Source: Amoebidium appalachense (taxonomy: Eukaryota > Protista > Ichthyosporea). Taken from it: a stretch of 64,000 bases of DNA. This document shows, piece after piece, positions 51,951 to 64,000 of this stretch. The position numbers were made by a program, and so were the translations under genes. The stretch lies in assembly GCA_963693365.1 (NCBI GenBank), contig CAVNZM010000006.1, positions 8,311,355 through 8,375,354 of the forward strand, read 5' to 3'. The notes beneath the pieces are model-generated. The model had not been told where the DNA came from and ran no database searches. It saw only the letters and a program-made list of their open reading frames with translations. Every line of letters starts with the position of its first letter. Position 1 is the first letter of the stretch.

Positions 51951-52132
51951 TGTGTGTGTATGTGTCACGGTTCCTGTCGCGAGAAACTAGGAGGTACGTG
52001 TGCGGGGAAAGTCTTTGGGCGTTTGGGACAGGAAGAGACTGGTGGGGTGGGGGGGGGGAGGGGGGGGAGGGGGGGAGTAGGGGGGGGGGGGGGGGGGGGG
52101 GGGGGGGTGGGGGGGGGTGGGGGGGCCGGGGG

Positions 52133-52169
<37 letters not shown>

Positions 52170-53006
52170 AACGACCTGCCAGGTCCTTATTCCACCACCA
52201 GAACAAACCTTGCGGGAACCCATATTGTGTGGGCAAATGACTCAACAACGCCGTTACGTGGCTACGCGAAGTACTTTTGAAAAGAAGTGTGCTTGGTTTG
52301 TTTCAGTACGTTTACTGAGTGCCCCCGTTACGTTTTACTGGGTGGTAACGTGCCATAGCTGCCCAAAATGCATTCCCGCGCTCGCTGCAAACAGCGCAAC
52401 GATCTAGACAATTGGTACCGAGATGGGCGCAAATTGTCCAATCGCATTTAGAGACCCCCAAGGTAGTCAAACTTCGTACCCCAAAAGCTCAAATTACAGT
52501 ATTTGACCCCGGTATCCGTTCTCCGTTCCTTATCGGGGCTATAAACACCCACTTATTTGCTCTTCAAAATCCGTATCAGCGATTGGGCAAAAGCGTTTTT
52601 ATCGTTTACCCTCCTCCCATTAGCCAATCAAATCGCATATATTCGCAGCTACCTCACCTCCCCCGGCCCCTCCCCCCTCCACGTCCGGATCTTTCGAACC
52701 CTACTCCTATTTGATCTCGTGGAGTAGAAAGGAGCCTACCGGCCCCAAATACTATAAAGACCTCATAAAAACGGGCGATACCGCACTCCAGGTAACACAT
52801 TTGCAAACTATAAAGGCCTCTGCAGAAAATGCCGCGCTGGGCCGCCAATAATGTTTGCACTCGCAAGGGACCACACGTGTAGAGTCCTACCAAATAATAT
52901 TATAATAAAGCACTGGGCGGCCCGAGGCCCTACACCTATCCAACAACGGTTGTGCCAAGTGGTGCCACCATGATGGCGTTTGTCGTGCATGCGTGTGGCT
53001 CTGTCT

Positions 53007-53217
<211 letters not shown>

Positions 53218-53470
53218 GTGCCATTATATATGTGTGTTTGTGTGTGTGTGCGTGCGTGTGCCTGGACTCCGGTTCGTGTGTGTGCGCGTGCGTGCACGCG
53301 CACGCGTGTGTCTGTGTGTGTGTTCGTGCGCGCTGCGTGTGTGTGTTTGTGTGCGTGCATGCATGCATGCGTGCGTACATGCGTCACGGTTTGCGTGCTT
53401 GCGTGTGTCACCACGAGCGCTGTACACGTGTACGTGCGTGCGCGCGTGTGTATGCCCCTGTGTGTGTGAC

Positions 53471-53541
<71 letters not shown>

Positions 53542-53562
53542 ATGTGTGTGTGTGTGTGTGTG

Positions 53563-53616
<54 letters not shown>

Positions 53617-53632
53617 ATGTGTGTGTATGTAC

Positions 53633-53712
<80 letters not shown>

Positions 53713-53977
53713 CACCACAGCGTGTGTTTATTAGATTTGCAATCGTTTTTAGAGTTCTGGCCACAGGGAGCACAATTTGTCAAACAAACACACTGTATGT
53801 TCCTATCGGCATGAACACACAGCCGGATGTTATTTATAAAGCCTTCACACCGGTACCATGGTCGGGTAGTTAATTCGAGGCAACGAGTAGGCTGTGTTGA
53901 AGCCCCCCCCCCCCCCCCCCTCCCCTTCCTCCCCTGGCCCTTTGTAATGTAGTCATCAGCAACACGTGCACGTGCAT

Positions 53978-54019
<42 letters not shown>

Positions 54020-54170
54020 ACACACACACATGCGCGCACACACACACACGTGGCACCGGGTCACTGTGTTGAACACACACTGCGACATACACACACACAC
54101 GCACGTGCGCACAAGCACACATGCACACCGTGCCACACACACGTACACACACAGTGGTGACACACACCGT

Positions 54171-54272
<102 letters not shown>

Positions 54273-54287
54273 TACTATGCAGTACAC

Positions 54288-54318
<31 letters not shown>

Positions 54319-54748
54319 TATGTAGTACACCCCTGAAAACACACGTACATACACACACACACACAAACACCATACGCACACTCCGAACTGAAACATACAC
54401 GCACACCCACACACACGTACAGAAACACAGTGGCACACACTCTGCTGTGTGTGTGTGTGTGTGTGTGTGTTGTTTGTGTGTGTGTGTGTGTGTATGTGTG
54501 TGTGTCAGCTACACGTACACACTTCTAAATATGGAGCCGCACGGTGATGAGGTTTTGGGCAGCTGCGGCGGAGGTGGGACGGGGGGGGGGAGGGGGGGAA
54601 GGTGGGGGGAGGCAAGGGGGGGAGGGGGGCCCAGGGGGGGGGGGGGGGGGAGCTGAGAGGAGGAGCTAGGGGCCCGGGGGAGGGGGGTGGATCCCGAGTG
54701 TCACACGGAGGGCGGGTTGCCGGAAGGTGGAGAAAGGGGGTGGGGGAA

Positions 54749-54787
<39 letters not shown>

Positions 54788-54963
54788 GGGATTACTCAAT
54801 TACTTCTAATGTACAGGGTCTGGCACACGTACAATATGACTTCTATCATTGAACGGCATCACGGATGCACACACTGTACGTTTGTGCACAGCCACGCATA
54901 CACACGCGCACACACAAATATACGTATACTGTATATCATACATGACATTGTAATGGCATACAC

Positions 54964-55071
54964 ATATATATATATACATAGTATACATATACATATGGGG
55001 TTTACGCTGTTTACTCGAGGCAAAGAGAAACCAGTAAACAGCGTAAACCCCATATGTATATGTATACTATG

Positions 55072-55085
<14 letters not shown>
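54964..55085. repeat. Short inverted repeat (about 50-bp arms, 17-nt loop) in (TA)n context
   Basis: ...CATATGGGGTTTACGCTGTTTACT / AGTAAACAGCGTAAACCCCATATG... Confidence 0.85.
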
Positions 55086-55102
<17 letters not shown>

Positions 55103-56049
55103 GCAATAAGACGATTATGTAAATAACAATAATAATAATGATAATGATAATAACAATAATAATAATAATAATACGACGAATGCAGGAGGTACAAGCGCGC
55201 ACCGTGGTGGACTCTGATCACCAGTAGTACAGCTAGTCACGGCATTCGGTTCCGGCCGGCTGCGCCGGAATCGATTGATGACGACAGCCGGAATCGAATC
55301 CCGCTGATCTAAAAATAGCATACACCGATGAGTCAATTTGGGGTCCCTCCATCATCTTATCACCTTGTCAGCAGACCGCGCAACGGCCAAGCGGCCGCGG
55401 TTTGTACGGTCTCCCCCATGTTTTAGATTAATCTTCAAGATTAATCAATCTTGTATCCCGGGAATTCTGGAAAATCGGTCAATTAGAGTGATTAATCTTC
55501 AACATTAATCTCAACTCCCCCTCAAAAAACGGAGTTTTTTCCCGTAAAAATGGTCCGACGGGGCTGAAATTTTCCATGAGCGAAGCAAACATATAAAGGT
55601 TTGAAAGCCCAGCGGCTGGGTGTGTGTTGCATATGGACTTTTCGGCACAGCGAGAGCGTGACGGTAGGTGAATATGGATATCGAGGATCATTAATCAAGG
55701 AGCCACAGTGACTGCTGCAAGGCTTGAATGATTGATCTGAGTGTGCTGTATTGCATTATGATGTGGGGGGGGGAACGCTGCGTTTCAACAAAGAAATAGG
55801 AGAGCAATGCTTTTACACCCCTCGAGTGCAGTATACCATTGGTTGCTGGTCGAACAAGACTCATTTATGGTGTGACGTATAGCCTTTTTTAGCGGTTGTA
55901 AACAAACAACACGGGCCGTGGCTACTTTTGAGGACCCTGCTTGTAGATTATCATCTCACACCCAACTTGAACCCGTAGCGTTGCTGTAGATACACCCTGT
56001 CGTTTTCACTTTCTTTTTGTTTTCTTGTTTTCTTTTTTTTGTTTTTGGT

Positions 56050-56520
56050 GATGGACGCAAAGAATGGAAGGGGACTTTGAAATAATATTTGATGATAGTG
56101 GTGGGTTTGAAGCCGGGGCAGTACAGTAGACTCAGACATCTTTAACGATTTCTTTGCTGACGAAAGCACAAGTGATACAGAAGATTCTGTTGACAACGGT
56201 GATACCACACTCACAGGAAAATGGCGTATTTATGACGCCAAGCAAGTAGAGTTAACACTCAAAGCAGACGATGTTGAAAACAGGCTTTTAGATACGTTCA
56301 GGAAGGAGACCTCGGAGATCCAGAAACGTTTGCTATAGCCCACTTTTCTGGAGAGCCAACCATTAGTAACGTCCTCGACCTCTTCTTTTCACCACTCATT
56401 CTCCAGACACTGCTTGAGACTATCAATATTGGACTCCGTGCACGCAAGAAGAGGACTGCCACACTACACGATTTACACGGTTTCCTGAAAGTGATATGCT
56501 ATTTGTCATTCTACAGTGTA
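56050..56520 (+). pseudogene. Degenerate transposase N-terminal fragment, piggyBac/IS4-like
   Basis: Frameshifted acidic N-terminus, then VLDLFFSPLILQTLLETIN...TLHDLHGFLKVICYLS, resembling the start of piggyBac-type DDE domains. Confidence 0.45.
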
Positions 56521-56898
56521 CACATGTGTCCCCCTCCGTGTTAATTATAACTATGATGTTAAACTGAGCCACGCATTCCCAACCGCAAACACCTCCACTT
56601 TTCATATTTTGTTTTTGTTGTTTCGTCCTGATTTTCTCTATGCAAAGGAGCCTGTCTGAAGCTGTGTAGGTGTGTATGTGCCGTGTGTGTGTGTGTGTGG
56701 GGTGGGGGGGGGGGGGGGGGGGGGGGGGGGGCTTCTTTTTCCTTCTCCCCCCCCCCCCCCCCCCCCCCCCCCCAAGTTTTTTGAATATACGTAATAGCAA
56801 GGGGGACTGGCGGCATGCCAGTAGCAGTGTATGTGTGTATGTGTGTGGGTGTGGGTTTGTGTGTGTGTATGTGTGTGTGCGGGTTGGCGGGGGGGAGG

Positions 56899-56947
<49 letters not shown>

Positions 56948-57357
56948 CTGCCTGCCGTTGTATTCAGTACCCTGCAGGCATCTCAGTGTATGAAGCACAA
57001 ACAATACGGTCACTGTGCTTTGATGGTTTTGAAATTGAATTAGTGGCACGTTTCTGTGGTCACAGACCTGTATTTGGTTTCATTATAAATATATATACAT
57101 AAATATATGTAGCACATTAGTTATTAGTATTAATAATCCCTTTTTGGAAGATCATAAATAATTGAAAATGTAACACGTGTGGCTCTTGGAGAGGAAGAAA
57201 AGGATGGTTTAAATCATGCAACATGTCTCAGTGTGTATGCAAAACGTCTATGAATGATTCCCCCACCCCCCACCCCCCGCCTCCCCCTTCCTACATAGCC
57301 CGGCCCGAATTCCTGCCCCTCCCCTCCCCCTTCCCCCCCCCCCCCCCCCCCCCCCCC

Positions 57358-57390
<33 letters not shown>

Positions 57391-57654
57391 TTCCTTGAAC
57401 ACACACACACGCGCACGCACTGTGGCACCTGCCCACCTAACCGTGGTCACCCTAACACACACACGTGCACACACACACAAACACGTACACGCACAAAGAC
57501 ATGACACACACACATGGCATGGCACACACACTGAAACGGCCAGGTACATGCATGCACGAGTGCACATATCACACTCACCCCGGGGCCCCGGCTCCCTGTT
57601 AAATAATAGGGAAATTCTATTCATAGCAATATTGTACAGATACACAGACATTAT

Positions 57655-57692
<38 letters not shown>

Positions 57693-58273
57693 CCCCAACA
57701 CACACATATGCACATGCACCGGCTGCCCACCCAACCACCCTGACACACGCACGTGCACACCGTGGCACACGGACTCGTACATGCATGTATATAGAAATAC
57801 ACACACACACTGCATGCCGTGGCACACACTGCACTGTGAAACACAGTGCGTAACACGTACCACACGTGCACACACCGCAAACAAGCACTGTGGCATCATA
57901 CATGCTGAAAAACACACATGCACCCACACACACACACGCGCGGTACACACTCACACGCAAACCGTGGACACCGTCACAGAAAACATGCACCGGCACACAC
58001 CCTCTGCAATGTACGCACGTACAAGCATGTACATTGCATACAAACCCCACACCCACACAAGCACACACACACGTCATCACAGCGGAACACACTAACATCA
58101 GCATGTGCGTACAATAGCACATGCATTTTAAGTTGACCTGTACAGTACCACGGCACCGTGTTACGTGGCATCCATGCACTGCATGCAGCGTACACGTGGC
58201 ACCACACACGCCCGTATGTGTGCTTGTCTATATAGGCATATGCACAGGCCTAGGCACACATGTGCACACACAC

Positions 58274-58325
<52 letters not shown>

Positions 58326-59181
58326 ACGCACACACCAGCACAGAGACACACACACAGCACACACACATACACACACACACACACATACAGAGAAAGTGAG
58401 AGAGTACCTCACACATGACACCGGGAGCCCGCTGTGCGCGCACAATTAGCACGTGAGCTTCGTGAGCCGCGGCCGGCTGCCGATCATATGCATGTGCCGC
58501 GGGATCCAGCCGCTGTGATTAATCTTCTTCTCGGATTGATTAATCTTCTTTTACGCTCGCACCTCTTCTCGAAGGTGTATAATAAACATGGATATTATAG
58601 ACATAAAAACCCAAAAAAAATTACATAGGCGTTTTCTTGACTAGCAAAACCAACTTTTTGCCTACTTAACATGTATTTTTGGGCTGCTGGGTAAGTCGGT
58701 GGAAGCGCCGCAAATGTGATTAACGTTGAAGATTAATCATTTGATTACAGTACAGGGGGGTTAGAGTCTGTGACTGAGCCTCCTGATCTGTTAGACTGAG
58801 CCTCTTTAAATGAGCATTGAGTGAAGTCTTTGCACCAAACACACGAACTTCCACGCGAATGCTTCCTTCCACACGCCTTTGAATCTGGTGTACAGGCATA
58901 TACACATTCAACTTGGGATATAAGATGTTGAGACGTCCTTGCACAAAACATTGAGGCCTCCTTTCAACCCTTGCAAATTGACACATTCAACCTTAGCACC
59001 GACATCAACGTAGTATGATAGATCCAGAAGTACGAATTCTGAGGAGCGTTCGTTAGCTTCTAGCACAAACTCGGACACGCCGAGTTGCCAGGTAGCACAG
59101 TAGCGTTTTGGCGGGTTGGCATTTCTCACGTGCACCGGCGGCCCCAAAAAAGATATAGTGACGAGATGATTTCCCCCCCCA

Positions 59182-59300
59182 TTTCTCTCCGGGCCTCACC
59201 GTTGGTGCACCAAGATAGTTGTGTTCAAATTGACACTGCTAATTTTTCTCTCTTTCTCTCCGGGCCTCACCGTTGGTTCACTAATATAGTTGTGTTCAAG
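59182..59300. repeat. Two ~48-bp direct repeats, period 71 bp
   Basis: TTTCTCTCCGGGCCTCACCGTTGGT.CAC.AA.ATAGTTGTGTTCAA twice. Confidence 0.85.
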
Positions 59301-59731
59301 TCGGTACTACTGATGTCTTTCCGTTGTCTTTGTGGGTCAAAACCACAGCATGTACACTTGCACTGCACCCAAGATCACACCTTTCCACCTCATCGATCAC
59401 ACCGTGGCGACGGCCGTGAACACACATTATCACCGACAACCTTGTCAGCACGGGACGTTCTATCATATCTATCCGTTGCGTTTTGCCCTTGCGCTTAGGT
59501 GTAGATCCCCCAAATTTGATGAGGCCCAAACCACCCATTCCCCCTCCCCCCCCCTTCCCCGCAAAGCTCGTCGGCCTCCCTTCTCCCCTCCCCCCCTCCC
59601 CCCCTCACCCCCCTCCGTCCCCCCCCTCTCTCCCCTCCCTCGGAGTCCCCCTCTTCCTCTTCCCCCCCCAACCCCCACCACCCTCACCACCAGCACCACC
59701 ACCGGCCACCCACCCACCCACACACCCATCA

Positions 59732-59778
<47 letters not shown>

Positions 59779-60772
59779 TCCCGTCCCCAACCCCACCCCT
59801 CTCCCAGCCATCAAGCTTTTCGTTTTAAGTTGTCTTCTTATGCTCTTGGGCTAGTTCGTGTTTGTCTGCCTGCTGTATATTTTCCTTGCAGTTGCACACC
59901 AACTGTAGATTGGTATCTGGGGCTCGGGCTCTTCGGTAAGGGTATCCAAGAGTGAGCTTTGTTTCAGTGATTGAACCCGCCAATAAATGCACGGATTCCT
60001 TGCATCACACTCTCAGGGGCCAGTGTGTCCCCAGAGTCATGCCGGTGGGGTGGGGGGGGGGGGGGGGGGGAGGGGAGAGAGGGGGGGGGGGGGGGAGTGG
60101 CGGAGATGGCAAACGCACGCACACATGTACATACACAAATACACAAACACACCATACATATACACTCACACCCATACCTATTCAAACATGGAAGCACGTG
60201 TGTGCACACACATGCATACACACACAAGCAAGCACACACACAAGGCACGGGGGAAGGGAGGGGGGAGGGGGGGGGATTCTGCGAACTTGCCGTGCGCGTG
60301 CGCGTCCGATTATGCTCGACTTATGTGAGTGCCTGTGCAAGTGATATCCTGGCAGGGTGGTCACCTTCTGTACTTTTGGCAGTATATTCTTGTTCTATTT
60401 TGATAACCGTGTGTCATACGCTTTGTTTGCCTACGGGCACCAACCTAAAAGATTTACTGAGCAAGGCTGTTGTGGCTTCTTGCCCTTTGGGGCTAAGTAT
60501 ACCACGGCATTCTTTGTTTGAGGCTTTGGCACGGTCTGTAACCCTCTCTGACCTGAGGTTCCACGTGACTCATAACTAGATTATGACGTCTAAAAGGAGG
60601 AACAGACCATGAGGAAACCACGACTAACTTAGAACACCCCAGATACAACTTTACATATTCGCTACCATACAGACTCCCAATGTGAAGCCTTCGTGCAGCT
60701 GTGTTTCATCATTTACTCAGTGTTACGTGTTTGCATGCCAAAGGTGTGTGCTGCCAGAGCTCCTTGGCCTAC

Positions 60773-61411
60773 TCAGGCACGTGCCTGAACCTTGCGACCT
60801 TTTGTGAACCTTTTCTTCGTTGTGTCGACGCCAAGCAAGCGGCTGAAGTGTCCAGAAGTGATATCCGTCTTTTCATACCAGCGGTAATCCCTCGAACCGC
60901 TCAGCAGGGCCATCACAGAAGTTTTTGCCTTCCTGATGTTCTCGTTGCTTGGTTTCGTTGTTTTTGCCGCATACAGAAGGTCCTCCCACAGCCCCACAAG
61001 AACATCGAAGAAAATGCGTGGGCACCAGTCACCCAGTTTTCCGTTCACGCTGCTGCCTCCCCACAGGTCCGCGTCGAGGATCATATAATCCACCTCGTCA
61101 GTGAATTCGACTGCAATTTCCCACTTTGCATCAACATCTTCAAGCGAGCGAATGCTGTCTGCCACCTCTTCGCACGGGAGATTCTCGAGTGTTCTAGCTG
61201 CCCTTTCCGTGTTTGTGGCGTTGCTACCATCAATCTCCTTGTATCGCGCCATGAGGGATTCAACCATGGCCTTGACACGTTCGTTTTCTGTGTCCAGCTT
61301 CTGTTTCTTCGCCACGTGGGCGTCTTCGATGTTTTCCGTGGCTCCGTTGCCGGTGTCTGTGCCGGCGGGTTTTTCCTCAGAGGAAACAACAATTTGCGTG
61401 GTAGAAGACAT
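60773..61411 (-). CDS. Hypothetical protein, 212 aa, intronless
   Basis: Open, non-low-complexity ORF with ACAAGATG start context and a basic AKKQK motif; no family recognised. Confidence 0.65.
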   Translation of the reverse strand: MSSTTQIVVSSEEKPAGTDTGNGATENIEDAHVAKKQKLDTENERVKAMVESLMARYKEIDGSNATNTERAARTLENLPCEEVADSIRSLEDVDAKWEIAVEFTDEVDYMILDADLWGGSSVNGKLGDWCPRIFFDVLVGLWEDLLYAAKTTKPSNENIRKAKTSVMALLSGSRDYRWYEKTDITSGHFSRLLGVDTTKKRFTKGRKVQARA

Positions 61412-61592
61412 CTTGTTGTTATGAATGAAAGTAGCTATAATTGAGTTATAATAAAGGGGAAAAACGAGAGAAAAAGTTGAAGTAGGGAATTCGAGAAGGG
61501 TTGATAGTTCTTCTTCTGAAAAGGCAAAATGAGTGAGGGTTTTCTTTTAGGTAGCATTGAGCCAATCACCTCCCGTGGTTTTCCCGCCATTA

Positions 61593-62579
61593 GGGCCTGT
61601 TTGGCAACGCGGAGTTACGAACTCCGGCGTAGACCGTGTACGCCGGGTATCAAATCAGTATCCAGATTCTGATTTGTAATCCGGATTTAGGTCAAAACCT
61701 GGCGTAGATAATAACCGCTCGTGCCAAACAGACAACACTTTTTCGGCTGCAGCTTAGTTTATCAAGTCACATTGCGCAAGTTTTACGTTGATCGGAGTGC
61801 GCATACTTTGCACGTATATCGTACCTAGGACTCAGTACTATTTTTTTTTGTAGTGACTGTGCAGTGTCCCGTATGTATGTATTTGTATACACTGTAATGA
61901 TACCATTTGCATATATAACAACATCAACGTTTCCGGTTGCAAAACCACTATGTATTTAGCACGAAACATGGCCCTTTCGGCCGCAATTGCAGCAATTGCA
62001 TTCTTTGCTTCCCCCTACAGGCATCCTGTCGGTTCAGACAATCTTGACCGATGTGCAAAAGATTGTCTAATGGTAAAAAAAAGGTTGCCTACAAGTTGGC
62101 CGCGAAGAGGAAGAATAGTTGAGGGGGGGCTTGTTTTTATACGACCTACCACACGTGGCCGGCTGTGTGTGGCTGGTCGCAGCCTGCGCTCGGGCTGTCG
62201 CAGGCTCACCAGCAAGCTGGCCATGCCGGTGACAACGAAAGTTTCCGTTTGGCGTCTTTTCCACTTTAACTGTTTTTGGCTATATTGCACTGCCGCCAAT
62301 TGGCCGAGAGAGAAATGTAAAAAGGTCTCACGACATGAATTTTCATTGGTTTAGACCTTCACACGGCGTTGAACATTTCGCGCATAATCCACCTCCGGAG
62401 GTGGATTATAGAAATTGGAGTACAAGCGATGTCCAAGGGGTTTGAAACCCGGCGTACACAGGCCCAGATTGGGCCGTCTGTTTGGCATCGCGGATTTCAG
62501 GAAATCCGCTTTAGCCCTAACTCCAAAATCGATCTTACTCCGGAGTATGGCCGCTAACTCCGCGTTGCCAAACAGGCCC
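61593..62579 (+). mobile_element. PIF/Harbinger non-autonomous (internally deleted) element, 987 bp
   Basis: Perfect 25-bp TIR GGGCCTGTTTGGCAACGCGGAGTTA; TTA target duplication on both sides. Confidence 0.93.
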
Positions 62580-62781
62580 TTAGTATGGTGGCGGTCATCG
62601 AAGATTGACCCCTCAGGTCTGATAGATCTTAGGAAATTTGCCGGTAAATAACTCCGCGCTATCTCGCGGCGCTGGGCTTTTCTATACGTTTTTCGATGCG
62701 TCTTGACAAGACCTACAAAGCTATGTTGAGACATTTCGGGATTTCCCAAAAGCAAAAAAAATTTTCTCATTAAGAAATTTG

Positions 62782-62856
62782 GAAGCTGTGGCCGAGCGGG
62801 TAAGCTCCTCGCGCCTCCGACGCAGGAGGCACCTGGTTCGAATCCCGAGATGTAGC
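62782..62856 (+). pseudogene. tRNA-like sequence (pseudo-tRNA or SINE head)
   Basis: A-box TGGCCGAGCGG and B-box GGTTCGAATCC with a hairpin between them; acceptor stem does not pair. Confidence 0.55.
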
Positions 62857-62910
62857 GCTAGCGCATTGGGGACTTGATGCTCTGATAGGACTCGCCTGGG
62901 TGCAGGATAA

Positions 62911-63480
62911 GGGCCTGTTTGGCAACGCGGAGTTACGAACTCCGGCGTAGACCGTATAGGGGGTTTACACACTTTTTATTGCGTGGACAGTGCCGGAGCG
63001 CCGGGTATCAAATCAGTATCCAGATTCTGACTTGTAATCCGGATTTAGGTCAAAACCTGGCGTAGATAACCGCTCGTGCCAAACAGACATCACTTTTTTC
63101 AGCTTAGTTTACCAAGTCACATTGCGCAAGTTTTACGTTGATCGGAGTGCGCATACTTTGCACGTATATCGTACCTAGGACTCAGTACTAGTGACTGTGC
63201 AGTGTCCCGTATGTATGTATTTGTGTACACAGTGATGATACCATTTGCATATATAACAACAACAACGTTTCCGGTTGCAAAACCACTATGTATTTAGCAC
63301 GAAACATGGCCCTTTCGGCAGCAATTGCAGCCTTGGCATATAGTCCAGAGTTCAAAGATCCATGCCGTACTTCCCCGCTTGGTGGTAAAGAGTATGTGCA
63401 TGAGCTGCTTGGCACTGCCCACGAGACACGGGTGAATGATGTGCTACGCGTTAGTCCATACGTTGCAAACAGCTTGCTCC
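62911..63480 (+). mobile_element. PIF/Harbinger 5' end with truncated transposase N-terminus (ORF 63288-63527)
   Basis: TAA plus the same TIR; about 400 bp shared with 61593-62000; RTSPLGGKEYVHELLGTAHETRVNDVLRVS resembles PIF transposase N-termini; no right TIR in the window. Confidence 0.8.
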
Positions 63481-63867
63481 TTACATCGAAGAGAGACTCA
63501 GTGACAGTATGGACGCCATGGAGCTAGGTAGGGCAACACCCTCCGGCCTCGGCGGTGCATAGGAAGAAGAAGTACGAATTCATACGGCCTTCATATATGA
63601 TATGCATGAATATTGATTCTTTACCTTACCAATGAAGTGTTTACTTATTGTTTTATGGCTTATACATATGTGTATTATATCAACGCTACTGGGCACGTCT
63701 CAACTGCCTGGGGCTCTAGTCATAGTGAACGCCAGAGGGAACATTGTTCGCCTTGATTTTTTTACCCCCCTCGAAGTTCCTCCTCGCGACGTGAGGGTAC
63801 AAAAGGCGTGACACGCCCAGAAATGCTCACTTTCTTTGTTGTTCAAACGCGCACATACTTAGTAAAT

Positions 63868-64000
63868 ATGAGTGAGAACGACGAGTTCGCCGTTTGCCCT
63901 GACTGTCAAGGGACGCCCGAGCTGTATTGTGCGTGCGAACACTCACTCGTTCAAGAGGTGCGAGATATAGCTGCACTAGACGATGAAGTTTTTTATAACA
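63868..64000 (+). CDS. Possible ORF start with CxxC...CxC motif, running off the right edge
   Basis: MSENDEFAVCPDCQGTPELYCACEH..., open for 44 codons. Confidence 0.3.
   Translation, partial: MSENDEFAVCPDCQGTPELYCACEHSLVQEVRDIAALDDEVFYN

Noticed and set aside
60701-61444. 247-aa plus-strand ORF
   Set aside because: Antisense shadow of the more protein-like minus-strand ORF
62782-62856. Functional tRNA gene
   Set aside because: Acceptor and T stems do not pair; kept only as tRNA-like

Overview
Eukaryotic genomic DNA, rich in introns and transposons, with abundant poly-G/poly-C, (CA/GT)n and (CT/GA)n tracts. The organism is probably a unicellular eukaryote; an ichthyosporean or fungal relative is only a guess. 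Most track ORFs are low-complexity artefacts. Host genes rebuilt by hand from splice sites: a secreted/GPI-type pepsin-like aspartic protease (-, apparently disrupted), a 5-exon Pro/Gly/Tyr-rich protein with a C-terminal Cys/His membrane segment (+), a 6-exon Agd3-like polysaccharide deacetylase (-) and a 212-aa orphan ORF. Mobile DNA: a chromodomain Ty3/Gypsy 3' end with LTR; a near-intact 6-exon Dada-like DDE transposase with an embedded DEDDy 3'-5' exonuclease plus a truncated second copy; a Penelope-like (Chlamys/Naiad-type) RT element inside an Agd3 intron; PIF/Harbinger, piggyBac-like and foldback MITEs; and LINE and piggyBac relics. The most striking signal is an apparent poly-C-targeting retroelement system. 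The RT element and non-autonomous relatives share a ~160-nt 3' RNA motif with covarying stems and a pseudoknot and end in ...TCAAAC-poly(C). A separate filled-versus-empty site pair shows insertion into a poly-C tract. All assignments come from reading motifs by eye; no database searches were run.
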